A stretch of DNA of 64,000 nucleotides. It comes from Eledone cirrhosa. Taxonomy: Eukaryota. Below, piece after piece: positions 22,893 through 35,131 of the stretch (the stretch's first letter is position 1; each line of letters starts with the position of its first letter). Under the pieces are notes generated by a model. That model was not told where the DNA came from. It did no database searches and saw only the letters and a program-made list of their open reading frames with translations. The stretch covers positions 251,782,001 to 251,846,000 of the forward strand of contig OZ024743.1 of assembly GCA_964016885.1 (NCBI GenBank), read 5' to 3'. A program made the translations under genes and the position numbers.

Positions 22893-25565
22893 CAAGCCTT
22901 CCCTAGTGAGGAATGTACATCCCAACATAGCTTAGTTGTCAGCGACCTCACGGTCAGAACTAGACGAGCCCTGAAACAGAGGCCAACCTGGAGAAGAAAG
23001 ATCTGGAAGCTGAAAGTCCCCTCAACCAGTAACAGATTTAAAGATATTTTACTCAACGCCTACGACAGTAAAGAAGAACAGATAGAGACATTTAACGTAG
23101 AAGAGAACTGGGAGTTCCTAAAAAATAACTTACTAGAGGCGACGGATGAGGTTTGTGGCTGGAGTAAGACCTCAAGCAGGAGGAGAGTGACTTGGTGGTG
23201 GAGGAACAATAAGGTAGATGAAGCAGTCAAGGCCAAGAGACAGGCATGGAAAGAATGGAAGAACGGGGGGAGCAGGGTACATTACATAGAGACCAAGAGG
23301 GAAGCTAGGCGACAAGTATACTTAGCTAGGAGGGAAGCAGAGGATAGAAAATTCAAGCATGTTTTACAACGTGAGGACCAGAAACAGGAGGTGTTCAAGA
23401 TTGCGAGGCAGTGTGTCAGAGAGAATTGTGATGTCATTGGAGAGAAGTGTATCCGGAATGATAAAGGTGAGCTTGCCCTCACAAGTGCTGAGAAGAAAGA
23501 TGCATGGAAGAGTCATTATGATAGATTACTAAATGAGGAGAATGCATGGGAAGAAGAGACCCTACCCCACGTAGACCCTATAGAGGGACCAGCAGTACAA
23601 GTCAACGGCAGCGTAGTAAGTAAGGCAATCAGAGATATGAAGATAGGGAAGGCAACGGGTCCATCGGGTATAGCTGCCGAGATGCTGAAGGCATCTGGGT
23701 CTGTAGGTCACACTATAACCACACGTATCGTTAACCAGGTAATACTAGAGGGGGCCATACCAAAAGATTGGTGCAGTAGCATCATTGTCAACTGCTACAA
23801 AGGTAAAGGCGATGCACTAGATAGAGGAAACTATAGAGGTATAAAGTTGATGGACCAGGTCATGAAAGTAACAGAAAGAGTTATAGCACAGCTGATTAGG
23901 GACCGGGTGAATATAGACGAGATGCAATTTGGGTTTGTACCAGGGAAAGGCACCACTGATGCCCTCTTCCTTGTGAGGCAATTACAGGAAAAGTACCTAG
24001 CTAAAAGTAAGCCACTCTACTTGGCATTTGTCGACCTTGAGAAAGCCTTTGACAGAGTTCCACGTGCAGTAATCTGGTGGGCTCTTAGAAAACTAGGAGT
24101 AGATGAATGGCTTGTGAAAGCGGTACAAGCCATGTATAGGGGAGCAGTCAGCAAAGTTAGGATTGGCAATGAGTATAGCGAGGAATTTAGCGTACAGGTT
24201 GGGGTCCACCAGGGCTCTGTTCTTAGCCCTCTCCTGTTCATCATAGTCCTGCAGGCAATAACGGAGGAGTTTAAGACCGGATGCCCATGGGAACTCCTGT
24301 ATGCTGATGACCTCGCACTCATAGCTGAATCTATGGTAGAACTAGAGAATAAATTCCAAACCTGGAAGCAGGGACTAGAGAGAAAGGGCCTCAAAGTCAA
24401 CAAGACAAAGACTAAGGTCCTTGTAAGTAGACGAGAAAACAGAACCCAGATCCCCTCAGGGAAATGGCCTTGCTCAGTATGTAGGAAAGGTGTAGGTAGG
24501 AACTCCATTCTCTGCCCCAAATGCAAACAATGGGTACACAAGAGATGTAGCGGGATCTCAGGAAGCTTAATTAAGAATGTAGGATTCACATGCAGCAGCT
24601 GTGCTGAAACAGCAAGCAAACAGCCACAGGAAACAAGTACCACCAATCTCTGGGAGGGCCCTGTAGAAACAGTAGACAGCTTCTGCTACCTAGGTGACCG
24701 AATTAGCAACGGAGGTGGGTGCTCAGAAAGTACAATAACTAGGGTAAGAACGGGATGGAAGAAGTTTAGGGAACTACTACCACTGCTAGCTGCAAAAGGC
24801 TTCTCCCTCAGAATGAAAGGCAGACTGTATGATGCGTGTATCCGAACAGCGATGTTGCATGGTAGTGAGACCTGGGCGCTGAAGGTGGAAGACTTACGTA
24901 GATTAGAGAGAAACGAAGCCTGCATGCTCCGATGGATGTGTAACAGTAATATACGTGAACGACAAAGCATAAAGGAATTGAGAGAGAGACTGAGCATAAG
25001 AGGAATCAAATGCTGCGTGCAGGAGAGGCGGTTACGCTGGTATGGACATGTGATGCGTATGAAGGATGACAGCTGCATAAAAAGGTGCAGAGCACTAGAA
25101 GTTGATGGAAACCGCGGAGTGGGGAGACCCAAGATGACTTGGGATGAGGTGATAAAAGCCGACCTTACCCAACTACACCTCTCAAAGTCAATGACACACG
25201 ACCGTGACTTCTGGCGTCACGCAGTAATACAGGGTACCCGACCTCCCATGGGTACATGCTGAAGCATATAAACAATATGCCCCCCCTCCCCCACCGCAAG
25301 GTGGCCGTGGAGGTGCCACGGCAAAAAAGCACCCAGCCCACACTGTAAAGTGGACGTGTAGGCGCCACGAAAAAGCACCCAGCACTCACTGTAAATGAGG
25401 TTGGTGTTAGGAAGGGCATCCAGCTGTAGAAATCAAGCCAGATCAGTTCCTGTATGAGCAAGGCATGGTCAGCCGACCAGACACTGCCCACAACAGGACA
25501 ACCCGTCTAACCCATGCTAGCGTGGAAGAACGGACGTAAAACGGTGATGATGATGATGATGATGA
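22893..25565 (+). mobile_element. RTE-clade LINE, 5'-truncated, young
   Basis: Uninterrupted reading frame, 3' UTR and (GAT)n tail; 5' end abuts (TA)n. Confidence 0.95.
22896..25262 (+). CDS. RTE ORF (end of APE + RT with internal PHD-like finger), lacking its N-terminus
   Basis: Frame is open from [18 protein letters not shown] through the 691-aa ORF; contains YADD and [12 protein letters not shown]. Confidence 0.88.
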   Translation, partial: AFPSEECTSQHSLVVSDLTVRTRRALKQRPTWRRKIWKLKVPSTSNRFKDILLNAYDSKEEQIETFNVEENWEFLKNNLLEATDEVCGWSKTSSRRRVTWWWRNNKVDEAVKAKRQAWKEWKNGGSRVHYIETKREARRQVYLARREAEDRKFKHVLQREDQKQEVFKIARQCVRENCDVIGEKCIRNDKGELALTSAEKKDAWKSHYDRLLNEENAWEEETLPHVDPIEGPAVQVNGSVVSKAIRDMKIGKATGPSGIAAEMLKASGSVGHTITTRIVNQVILEGAIPKDWCSSIIVNCYKGKGDALDRGNYRGIKLMDQVMKVTERVIAQLIRDRVNIDEMQFGFVPGKGTTDALFLVRQLQEKYLAKSKPLYLAFVDLEKAFDRVPRAVIWWALRKLGVDEWLVKAVQAMYRGAVSKVRIGNEYSEEFSVQVGVHQGSVLSPLLFIIVLQAITEEFKTGCPWELLYADDLALIAESMVELENKFQTWKQGLERKGLKVNKTKTKVLVSRRENRTQIPSGKWPCSVCRKGVGRNSILCPKCKQWVHKRCSGISGSLIKNVGFTCSSCAETASKQPQETSTTNLWEGPVETVDSFCYLGDRISNGGGCSESTITRVRTGWKKFRELLPLLAAKGFSLRMKGRLYDACIRTAMLHGSETWALKVEDLRRLERNEACMLRWMCNSNIRERQSIKELRERLSIRGIKCCVQERRLRWYGHVMRMKDDSCIKRCRALEVDGNRGVGRPKMTWDEVIKADLTQLHLSKSMTHDRDFWRHAVIQGTRPPMGTC

Positions 25566-25658
25566 TACATGCGCAAACTAAGCACACAACACACACAAAA
25601 ACAAGATGGCGTAGGACAGAACAAAGGAGAGGCACAAAAAACAAAGTAAAGAATCCCC

Positions 25659-25705
25659 ATTCACTGAAGAGGTCACAGAATGTGTGACGAAAGAACTTTG
25701 ACAAT
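25659..25705 (+). ncRNA. Minimal type I hammerhead ribozyme
   Basis: tca CUGAAGA g gtcaca-gaatg-tgtgac GAAA gaac UU tga; same family as 15396-15439. Confidence 0.75.
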
Positions 25706-25850
25706 ATATGAATAATTGTCTGGTTGTGGAACCAACCAACTGGAAATTTATAAATTCTTAAATTTATAAATTTAATTTATAATAAATTGAAGTGAAAACA
25801 ACTGGTGCATGTGTTTCTTATTGGCAACATGACCCTCCCAAAGCATAACA

Positions 25851-25887
<37 letters not shown>

Positions 25888-25888
25888 T

Positions 25889-26224
25889 GGAGGCACATGG
25901 CTTAGTGGTTAGAGCACTGGCCTTGTAATCGAAAGGTTGTGAGTTCAATTCTCAGACTGGCTGATGTGTTGTGTCCTTGAGCAAGACACTTTATTTCACA
26001 TTGCTCCAGTTTACTCAGCTGTAGAAATGAGATGATAGGGACTGGGGTCCCTATCATTCCACTGCAAAGTGGTCGTGGAGGTGCCATGGCAAAAAAGCAC
26101 CCAGCACTCACTGTAAATGAGGTTGGTGTTAGGAAGGGCATCCAGCTGTAGAAATCAAGCCAGAATCAGTTCCCGTCCCGCCCTTGCAAGCAGGGAAAAG
26201 CGGACGTAAAATGATGATGATGAT
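25889..26224 (+). mobile_element. SINE family B: tRNA head + CORE domain + RTE-derived tail
   Basis: A box tggcttagtggttag, B box gttcaattc, CORE-like tgtgtccttgagcaagacactt, 3' part matching the RTE 3' UTR, (GAT)n tail. Confidence 0.88.
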
Positions 26225-26559
26225 ATAAAATGTATATATATATTTATATATAATTATGCATTCATATGTGTGCAGTAAATAAATATATATATATATATAT
26301 ATCATCATCATCATCATATCTCTATATATATATATTTGATAGATTTCAGCCAGTATTGACCCAGGCCATGTAAAATTTAATAGCACCACAAACATAAGTA
26401 TGTATGGTAGTTGTTGTTATGGAAGGCACCCAGTTTTAGAACCCATGTTAATATGGATTCATTGAAATGGTGAGGTCCCTGTAATCTTTTTAGTTTGGAA
26501 TGTGACAGTCAGTCTAAGCCTTGTCATCATGGAAAGCAGACCTAAAATGGGAGAGGAAC

Positions 26560-26880
26560 CGTGGGATCAGAGCAACGGTTTGTACACTCACTCAATAGAG
26601 TGATATTGCCAGGCTGCCTCTGAGCGATAACGACAGTGCCTTAGCCTTACCATCACCCGTGGTAATGCTGCGAGTGTGTTGGGTTGCCTGACAGTGTGTA
26701 GTTAACCCCTAAAGTGTGAGTTGCACCCGATTATCACACTTGGTGGTGAATTGCCCCCCTTTTTTCCATTCTTTTTTCTTTCCTTTATCATTTTTGTTCA
26801 ATGAATATATATTATTGTGTTATTACAGACGGTTTAGACATTATATTTGTAATGTCTTTCTGAATGAATTGCGAGCAATT
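26560..26880 (+). mobile_element. CRE-clade (RLE-type) non-LTR retrotransposon 3' fragment
   Basis: ~26631-26687 translates to RQCLSLTITRGNAASVLGC, resembling the CRE C-terminal QRGNA motif. Confidence 0.6.
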
Positions 26881-27040
26881 TTAATGTTATTTATGTACAT
26901 ATTTAATAATAATGATAATAATGAAAATATTGTGTATAGTGCTCAGGTGCACTACAACTCATCAAAAGTCTATGTATAGTACATAGGGTAATGTACAAAT
27001 GTCAGGAAAATTATTATCATTATTATCATTTTTATTAGAA

Positions 27041-27230
27041 GGGCGGTGAATTGGCAGTATCGGTAGAGCATCAGACACCATGCTTTACAGCATAGAGTTA
27101 TGGCCCTTTACGTTCTGAGTTCAAATCCCGCCGAGGTTAACTTTGCCTTTCATCCTTACGGGGTGGATAAAATAAAGTACCAGTAATGCACTGGGTAATT
27201 GCTGCCTTGTGCCAAAAGTAGAAACAATTA
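27041..27230 (+). mobile_element. SINE family A, full length
   Basis: ggcggtgaattggcagtatcggtag...gttcaaatcccgcc...gtagaaacaatt. Confidence 0.9.
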
Positions 27231-27394
27231 TCATTATTATCACTTTCATAACTTAGTCCATTAGTTTTATTCCTCTATAGTTGCTCCTTTATAGTTTAAA
27301 ACATATTTGCAATGTTATTCTACTCTAAATTTATACAATTGTAATAAAAGAAATAATAATAAGTATGATATGTCTATAAGTGTGTAAAAGGAAT

Positions 27395-27646
27395 AATATG
27401 GTTTGCTGGAAAGAAAGTTGTGTAGGTAAAGACATTATATATGGATGATGACGGTTATGTGGAGAAGTGCCAGTAGTTTTACGTGGAAGGAAGCCATGAA
27501 AGAGGAAGACCAAGAAAGATATTGGCAGAGATTGTGAAAAGTTATCAGATCTCAAGAAACTGAATCCCACAGAAAAGATATTGGAGAGGACTCGTGAAAC
27601 CCATGCAAGCATGTAAACATGAATCTAAAATGATGATGTTGATGAT
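27395..27646 (+). mobile_element. Old RTE 3' remnant
   Basis: Degenerate GRPRK-coding segment and aaacccatgcaagcatg..atgatgatg end. Confidence 0.55.
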
Positions 27647-27809
27647 ATAAATACATACACAAACATGCACACACAAGCACACATACCTATATACATATGC
27701 ATACAGTCAAGGGCAGAAGTAGTGAAAGCACATCTTAAGAAACTGAATGTCACAGGGGAGATAATAAAGGAAAGATCCAAATGTAGAGATGTTGTACTAG
27801 TTGTATAGT

Positions 27810-28202
27810 TATATTGGTGGTAGAAGTATTGTTGATGTTGGTGATGGTAGTAATGGTGGTGGTGTCATGATGTTGTCATGATGTTGGTGGTGGTGGAAGT
27901 GGTGTTGATGATGGTATTGGTGTGGTGTTCATAGTGGTAATGGTGGTGATGTTGGGATGTTGTCCTGATGTTGATGGTGGTATGGAAGTGGTGCTGGAGG
28001 AAGTGGTGGTGGTGGTAGTGGTGTTGGTGTGGTGTTGATGGTGGTAATGGTGGGGGTGTCATGGTGTTGTCATGACATCAATGGTGGTGGTGGCAGTGGT
28101 GCTGATGGAAGAGGTGTTGACGTTGATGATGGTGTTGGTGTGGTGTTGATGGTGTTGTGGTGTTGTTTTGATGATGATGGTGGTAGTGGTAGTGGTGTTG
28201 GT
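27810..28202. repeat. Degenerate (GGT/GAT/GTT)n trinucleotide repeat
   Basis: Read directly from the sequence. Confidence 0.85.
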
Positions 28203-28687
28203 ATTTTTTTTTTTTGTCATGGTGTTGATTGGAAATTGTTAAAATTATTTATTTTAAAACACAAAATATTATCAATTATTTCTTTTTCCTCAGCAAGAAG
28301 AGAATAAAACAAAAAACAAAAAAAGAATTGGAAACCAGTAGAAAAATAAAAGAAGAAATGTTAATAAAACAATGCAAGAAATAGAGAAGAAAGACATCTC
28401 ACTCCTCTCCATCTAAACTGTGAGTGCTAACTGCTTACAGCTACATAGAATTTTCACCTTTTTTTCATTTATTGTTTTTGTTGATTGATATAGACATATA
28501 TCTTCACGTGTCTACATATATGTATGTGCTTATATATATGCATGTGTGTGTGTGTATGTGTATATATATATATGTGTGTGTGTCTAGATATATTAAATAT
28601 GTGCCTATACGTATGTATGTATATAATGCATACACACATATCTATACTTTCATGCATATACCTATGTATTATAATGGCTATAATGTC

Positions 28688-28930
28688 ATGTGTAAAAAAA
28701 ATGTAGCTCCTTGTACACTGGAAGTACCGTCCGGATGCTGAACATACGGATCAAGGAGCACATGACGACAGTAGTTTCCTCTGTTAAAAACATCTTGACA
28801 AATGCCAGAGCCAAGACATTGAGGTTGCCATAGAGGTGACGGAAAGGAATATAGGCAATTTAAGAATCAAAGAGGCCATTATCCTCAACCGGAAAAAATA
28901 CTTCAGATAAATAATAGATTGGAAATGCAT
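28688..28930 (+). pseudogene. PLE GIY-YIG remnant
   Basis: KCSSLYTGSTVRMLNIRIKEHM..SSVKKHL..NLRIKEAIIL..INNRLE. Confidence 0.75.
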
Positions 28931-29210
28931 AAGGCAGACTGGATCCTATGATCACTTCTTGCATGTGTATCTCAGAAAAGTAGTCCAGTTAAGGAAGAAC
29001 ACATCGATTGTTCCTTTCGTTTTCAACTGTTTCAGCTCCACATTGGAAAAGAGGGTTGTAACCCTAAAATATCATGATGAAACACACAGGGTAAAACATT
29101 ACTTTTTGTTTTATTTCCCATCATTTGCCTTTTGTACATTTCTACCACATAGTAGAGGATTTTTAAAACTTATTGGTTTCTATTATATATACATATATAT
29201 ATATATATAT

Positions 29211-29340
29211 AGGAAAAGAGTCAGGACCCCGTTATGAGGGCCTGCTGACTCTTTTCCTATTACCTACTGTACTACCCTAAGTATTGAGTACTCTGGTGCG
29301 TTTTGATCCCCTGGTATCTTACCATACTTTCTTTGTTATA
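29211..29340 (+). mobile_element. HHR-3'-half family mini-element, copy 4
   Basis: Arms aggaaaagagtcag / ctgactcttttcct, then the family tail; lies within (TA)n. Confidence 0.75.
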
Positions 29341-29431
29341 TATATATATATATAAATGCAGAAAGTTCAATAAATCCAAAGAAAAGAGGTGAGAGAACGA
29401 ACCAAAGTCAGCAGTCAATGCAGAACAGAAT

Positions 29432-29719
29432 GTATACAATAAGAACAAAGTGGAGATGTTACATAGGAGATTTATTGCAATCTAGGTTACAAATGTTTCC
29501 CAAGCAGCTGGTTTGTGTAGGTAACATGGTAAAAACCTGCCAGTCCACACTGTAAATGTGGTTGGTGTTAGGAAGGGCATCCATCCGTAGAAAACCTGCC
29601 AGACAGTCCCATACGAGCCAGATGACCAATCTTGCCTCAACTGAGACAATTCCCGTCTAAACCCATGCTAGCGTGGAAGATAGACGTTAAACGATGATGA
29701 TGATGATGATGATATGTGT

Positions 29720-29758
<39 letters not shown>

Positions 29759-29993
29759 TGCATCTGTTGAATTCTAGACCTGTGTTTGGTCATTCTATAT
29801 GCTTGTTTATGTTTTTGCTGGTTTGTCCACAGATTTGATGTGATTTTTGTCGTGTTAACACTGGTCTGGGATCAGGCAGACTTGGAGTTTGGTCTGGGGG
29901 TGCCATCCCAGATCACGAGCTAGCTGTTTGGGAAACATTTGTAACCTGGATTAAGCAATAAATCTATGTAACATCTCCACTTTGTTCTTATTA
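29432..29993 (+). mobile_element. pLTR-like fragment with inverted arm (29432-29517 vs 29914-29993) and degenerate HHR; RTE-tail insert at 29515-29712
   Basis: ctggt CTGGGA tcaggcag...ctgtttgg GAAAC attt GTA acctgg at 29861-29948. Confidence 0.6.
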
Positions 29994-30000
29994 TATATAT

Positions 30001-30257
30001 ATCATCATTATCATCATCATCACTGTTTAATGTCAATTTTTCTATGCTAGCCTGGGTTAGATGAGTTGTCCCCTTGTGAGGCAAGCTAAATCAGATGGCC
30101 ATATCTTACTCATACAGAACTGATTCTGGCTTGGTTTCTACAGATGGATGCCCATCCTAACGCCAACCACATTTACAGTGTGGACTATGTGTTTTTTATC
30201 GTGACACCTACACAACCACTTTAGAGTTTGGACTGGATGCTTTTTGCCATGGCACCA
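30001..30257 (-). mobile_element. RTE 3'-UTR / SINE tail fragment
   Basis: (CAT)n plus ggtttctacagatggatgcccatcctaacgccaacc. Confidence 0.8.
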
Positions 30258-30289
30258 GAAAGATCGATTATCATCTGACGGCCTCGGCC

Positions 30290-31262
30290 AAAATGGACTC
30301 AACAATTGATCTCCACGTGGGTCTGTCGTTCATTGCCATTGGCAAGTCCTAGATTTCAATACCAGAATCTCTGGAGATGACATCGGGGTAGGAGAGCTTG
30401 CACCCCCTGCTATTAGTGACTGCTTGTGGTTTCCAAAGCACTAATGGGGACACAACCTCGTAGATGGCAGTGGCCAGCAAATCTTACTCTCCTTTTATGT
30501 ACAATGACAGAGATGCGTGGGAGGCCAGCATATATCTCTCTCAAAGGCAGATGTCACCAGCTTATGTTCTGAATGCATTGAAGCAGGCGAGTGTAAATGC
30601 CATCAAGGTGCTTTTGTTGTTTGGATGAAAGCATCCATGTTTCACTTCCATATAACAACATACCCAGTATAATTTGGAAAGAACCAAACCTTACTTCAGT
30701 CCTATTATCAATCTGCAGCGACACCTTAAGCAACAAAATTCCTCCACAAGTTGGGTAAAAGCAGCCACAGTTTCTGTCCCCCAAAACTACTGAGGAATAT
30801 CACTTATGTCCATTGCTGCCAAGATCTACAACAAGCTAATCCTCAACCGTATAGTTCTGTATGTTGATCCAATCCTTTGCATCAACCAAAACGGTTTTAG
30901 GCATGGTAGATCTACACTGGCACAGATTTGGGCCTTGAGAAGTGTAGTGGAACAGACGAGAGACTCCAACAGATAAATGGCTCTAGTTTTTGTTGACTTT
31001 AGAAAAGCTTTTGACAGCATAAACAGAGGCATTCTGTTTGAAATTCTACCCTTGTATGGCATACCAGCAAGACTTGTGGAAGCAATTAAGGCTCTGTATC
31101 TCAACACAAGAGCCACTATCATCACTTTGATGGCCCAACAGAGCTCTTTGACATCTCAGCAGGAGTGCTGCAGGGTGACACTCTTGCCCCATTCCTCTTT
31201 ATCATTGCACTAGACTACACTCTGAGACTCTCAATTGACAAAATCAATAACAAAGGTATAAC
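30290..31262. mobile_element. RTE-type LINE remnant with internal inversion
   Basis: 30290-30670 (-) encodes LLYGSETW..LDGIYTRLL; 30780-31260 (+) encodes GISLMSIAAKIYN..FVDFRKAFDS..GVLQGDTLAPFLF. Confidence 0.8.
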
Positions 31263-32406
31263 CAGAAGTTCCCATTGGCAGCCAGAATTGAAATTATAAG
31301 TTCATTAAGTCGATGCTTGTAACATAATAATATATTGTTATAAAATTATGTTGGTAGGTTTTAATTTAAATAGGAAGCCTTTAAATTGGGTGGCTTTGTT
31401 TCAAAGAAACAAAGGCAGAATTGTGAGGTTTGATATCTTCCTATTTAAATCAAAATTTTCCAGCATAATTTCATATAAGAACCATATGTTAATTCATTAT
31501 CTTAGTAATGGGATAATTGATAATTTTAGTAAATACCTCAACATTATTAATTAATCAATTGAAATAGAGTGTATTGCATTTGAACTACGGTCATATAAAC
31601 TTTAAAAAAACACACAGGAAGGTCAGGAAATTATATGAAGTGAACTCTTCTTAAGAGACTTTGAATTAACAAATATATTTTCTTAAAGTATCTAACACAA
31701 CACAAAGAACTTTATTTCTGTGAATTTATTTCCATTGACCTAAAAATGATTATGTTCCTTGTTTCTTTTCTCAACCTAAAATATCAAGCTTTATTATTTT
31801 GTCTGAAACAAACAGTTTACATAAAAGATAAACATCAGTGGATTGAATTCACAAATCCTTCCACTTTTTATAAATGTACTCAGGTTTTCCTATTTCTTTT
31901 AAAGATAAATTTAGTTTAGTTGACAACTGAAGTAAATGAAGGATTAATAAACAAATATATAGACGCAGTGATGAGGAATGTAATAATCAACCTATACCAT
32001 CGTTACCAAAGTGTGGGAGAGCATTTTGTGGCATACAGAACTGCAGGCACAAACCACCTCATAGTCCCAGCAAACAATGGAGAAAGCATTACCCCTGAGG
32101 ATAATGAGGGAGATGCATTGAAATAGCCATTCCTAATCACAAGGCTTACTCATACACTCATACCGTATTTCATTGGTCATTCTATTACTGATACTATCTG
32201 CCAGTAACAACTTTTGATAGAACCCTCATTGTTTTTCCTTTGACAAGAATGGGGAGGAATTCGTTTGGTAAAACATCTTTCTCATTATTAAGCTGATATT
32301 TTAAACATAATTTAACAAAGCTTCTTACATAAAATTATAATGGAAGGTCTTTTAGATATATGTAAAACTTAGTATCAGAGAACCAGGTTTTATATTAAAA
32401 GGGTTA

Positions 32407-32475
32407 AGAATTTAGTAGCATAACTTTCCCATTTTGAATAATATTCAAAATGGGAAAGTTATGCTACTAAATTCT
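32407..32475. repeat. Perfect 34-bp-arm palindrome with a 1-nt spacer
   Basis: agaatttagtagcataactttcccattttgaata a tattcaaaatgggaaagttatgctactaaattct. Confidence 0.95.
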
Positions 32476-33015
32476 CCCAAATCCTTCATTATTTTCAAAA
32501 TCATTTTAAAATCACAAACTGTGTATTTCATTACAAATATTGTTTAAAAAAATGTGTTAAATAGAAATATCAAAATATATTTTTCATCAGTTGTATGAAA
32601 GACATATTTAGTATATTTCTCAATGAAGAAGAGCTGTTCATTTACCATTGTGAGGTCTTCTATCAACGCCCTATTTAACACATTTCTGGTATTTTAAGAA
32701 CACCACATGCTTGCCTCATAAGCACCCTTTGCTTTTCATTCTTCACTTCACTGAAAACCCACAATACAGCAACATCTGAAGAATTTGTAAGAGGAACTTT
32801 GGAAAAAGAGTAAATACAAAAATATCATACATAATACACACATAAATATCATACATAATACACACATAAAATACAAAAATATCATACATAATACACACAT
32901 AAAAATACATGTCCACAAACACACATGTATATGTAAATAAATATATACATATACATACACATACCTATATAGATATACATTTACAAACACACAGATATAT
33001 ACACATACAAACACA

Positions 33016-33059
<44 letters not shown>

Positions 33060-33455
33060 TACGTATATACAGGCATACAAATATATATAGATAGACACAA
33101 ACACAAATATATGCATGTATATATACATACACATACATGTGTATATACACACATGCACGTATATGTGCGTGTGAGTGGGGTGGGAAATCAGTGGTGTGAA
33201 GAGTATGAAGAGAATCTTTAGAGTTAATAACTCTTGACTAGAAAACAAGGGAAACAATTAGAGGAGAATGACACCCATGCAGACAATGTGATCTACTCTT
33301 TTTTATAGAGATTTTATTGGTGTGTGTTTGTGTATGTAGTTGTGTATCTCTCAGTAAGTATATATATATGATGTGGGTGTGTATATAAATATATACACAT
33401 ATATGTGTGTGCGTGTGTGTATATATATATATATAAACACATATATGTATGTGTG

Positions 33456-33511
<56 letters not shown>

Positions 33512-33632
33512 TATATATATATATATATATGTATGTGTCTATTAGTTAGGTGTGTAACTACAGATACAGACAGTGGGCTGTTTGAAGCACTCAATGCTAT
33601 AATGAAATTTGTATTCCAGAGTTAAGATGGCA

Positions 33633-33676
<44 letters not shown>

Positions 33677-33835
33677 TTTACGTATCGAGAAAGAGAGAAA
33701 AAGGAGGGATAGGTGATACATATAGTTATTTGCCAAGTAGCGTATGCCAAAGGTGCTCGATACTAGTGCCGGCAGTATTAAATATTCGAAGTGTTAATAT
33801 TTAGTGGGCTAGAGAGTTAGCAGAGCGTAAGCACG

Positions 33836-33990
33836 TGGGAAAGTGAAAAATCGGAGAATAGACCATTAAAACATGTTTATTTAAAATATCACCTACGTAC
33901 GTTTCGCCCAGTTGGGCTTCTCCTACTACGTAGGTGATATTTTAAATAAACATGTTTTAACGGTCTATTCTCCGATTTTTTACTTTCCCA
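33836..33990. repeat. ~64-bp-arm fold-back with a partial HHR in the loop
   Basis: tgggaaagt..cacctacgta / tacgtaggtg..actttccca. Minus strand reads gccc-aact-gggc GAAAC gtac GTA. Confidence 0.85.
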
Positions 33991-34207
33991 TATATATATA
34001 TATATATATATGTATATAATATTTGTATGCATGTATGTATAATATATATTTATTTATACTATATATATATGTAGGCATGTGTATATATATATAAATATAT
34101 ATATATGCCCACAAATTAATTTGGGAAATGCAAATAAGAATAAGAAACATTTACCTATTTACTCAGTGTCTATACATGTGCATCTATATATATATATATA
34201 TATATAT

Positions 34208-34401
34208 AATAAAGGAAGTGTGGTAAGGAACCAGGTAGACCATAACGCTCCAGAGTACTCAATACTTTGCGTAGTAGAGTGGGTAATAGGAAAATGTTCA
34301 AGACTCCAATGGCAGAGCTCAAGCCGTTTAGACGGCTATTTCTGAACTCCAGAAATAGCCGTCAAAACAGCTTGAGCTCTGCCGTCGGGGTCAAACATTT
34401 T

Positions 34402-34404
<3 letters not shown>
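34208..34404 (-). mobile_element. HHR-3'-half fold-back mini-element, copy 5
   Basis: Family tail plus ~55-bp arms at 34289-34344 and 34350-34403. Confidence 0.8.
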
Positions 34405-34449
<45 letters not shown>

Positions 34450-34785
34450 TTGTATATATGCATGTACATGTATATATATTCATGTGTGTGTTTGTGAGGG
34501 GTGGTTGTCTTCTTATAAATTCCCTATTTCCATTTCTTACACATCTCTGTAGGATGAAGACCCCCACCCCCTCATTCACCCACCGTTTAATTTTTAATTA
34601 CTCTACCACTTTGAGAAGAGAATAATACATAAGATAAACAAGTTACAGTGTGCTTTGTCAAGCCCATGTGTGTCTAGTCAGCACAGCACCTGTATATGTA
34701 TATAGATACATACATACATACACATAACTTCATTCACAAATACATATTATATATATATATATACACACACATATGTATATAAACA

Positions 34786-34823
<38 letters not shown>

Positions 34824-34885
34824 CATATATATGTGTATATATATATATGTGTATATATATATGTATGTATATATATATATGTATA

Positions 34886-34926
<41 letters not shown>

Positions 34927-34930
<4 letters not shown>

Positions 34931-35096
34931 AACCAGTAAGACGCCGACAGCTGAGCTCAAGCCGTTTCGACGGAACGGCTTGAGCTCAGCTGTCGGGGTC
35001 TTACTAGTTCCTATTACCCACTCTACTACCCCAAGTATTGAGTACTTTGGTGCGTTATGGTATGGTCCACCTGGTTCCTTACCACATTTCCTTCGT

Positions 35097-35100
<4 letters not shown>
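34927..35100 (+). mobile_element. HHR-3'-half fold-back mini-element, copy 6
   Basis: ~40-bp arms around loop tcgacgg, then the family tail; lies in (TA)n. Confidence 0.8.

Positions 35101-35131
<31 letters not shown>

Noticed and set aside
20878-25132. Long antisense ORFs over the RTE copies (and over the Tx1 and BovB-like elements)
   Set aside because: Shadow frames of RT coding sequence with no independent motifs.
27041-27135. tRNA genes at SINE heads (also 25889)
   Set aside because: A/B boxes are present, but they continue into multi-copy SINE bodies without a clean cloverleaf.
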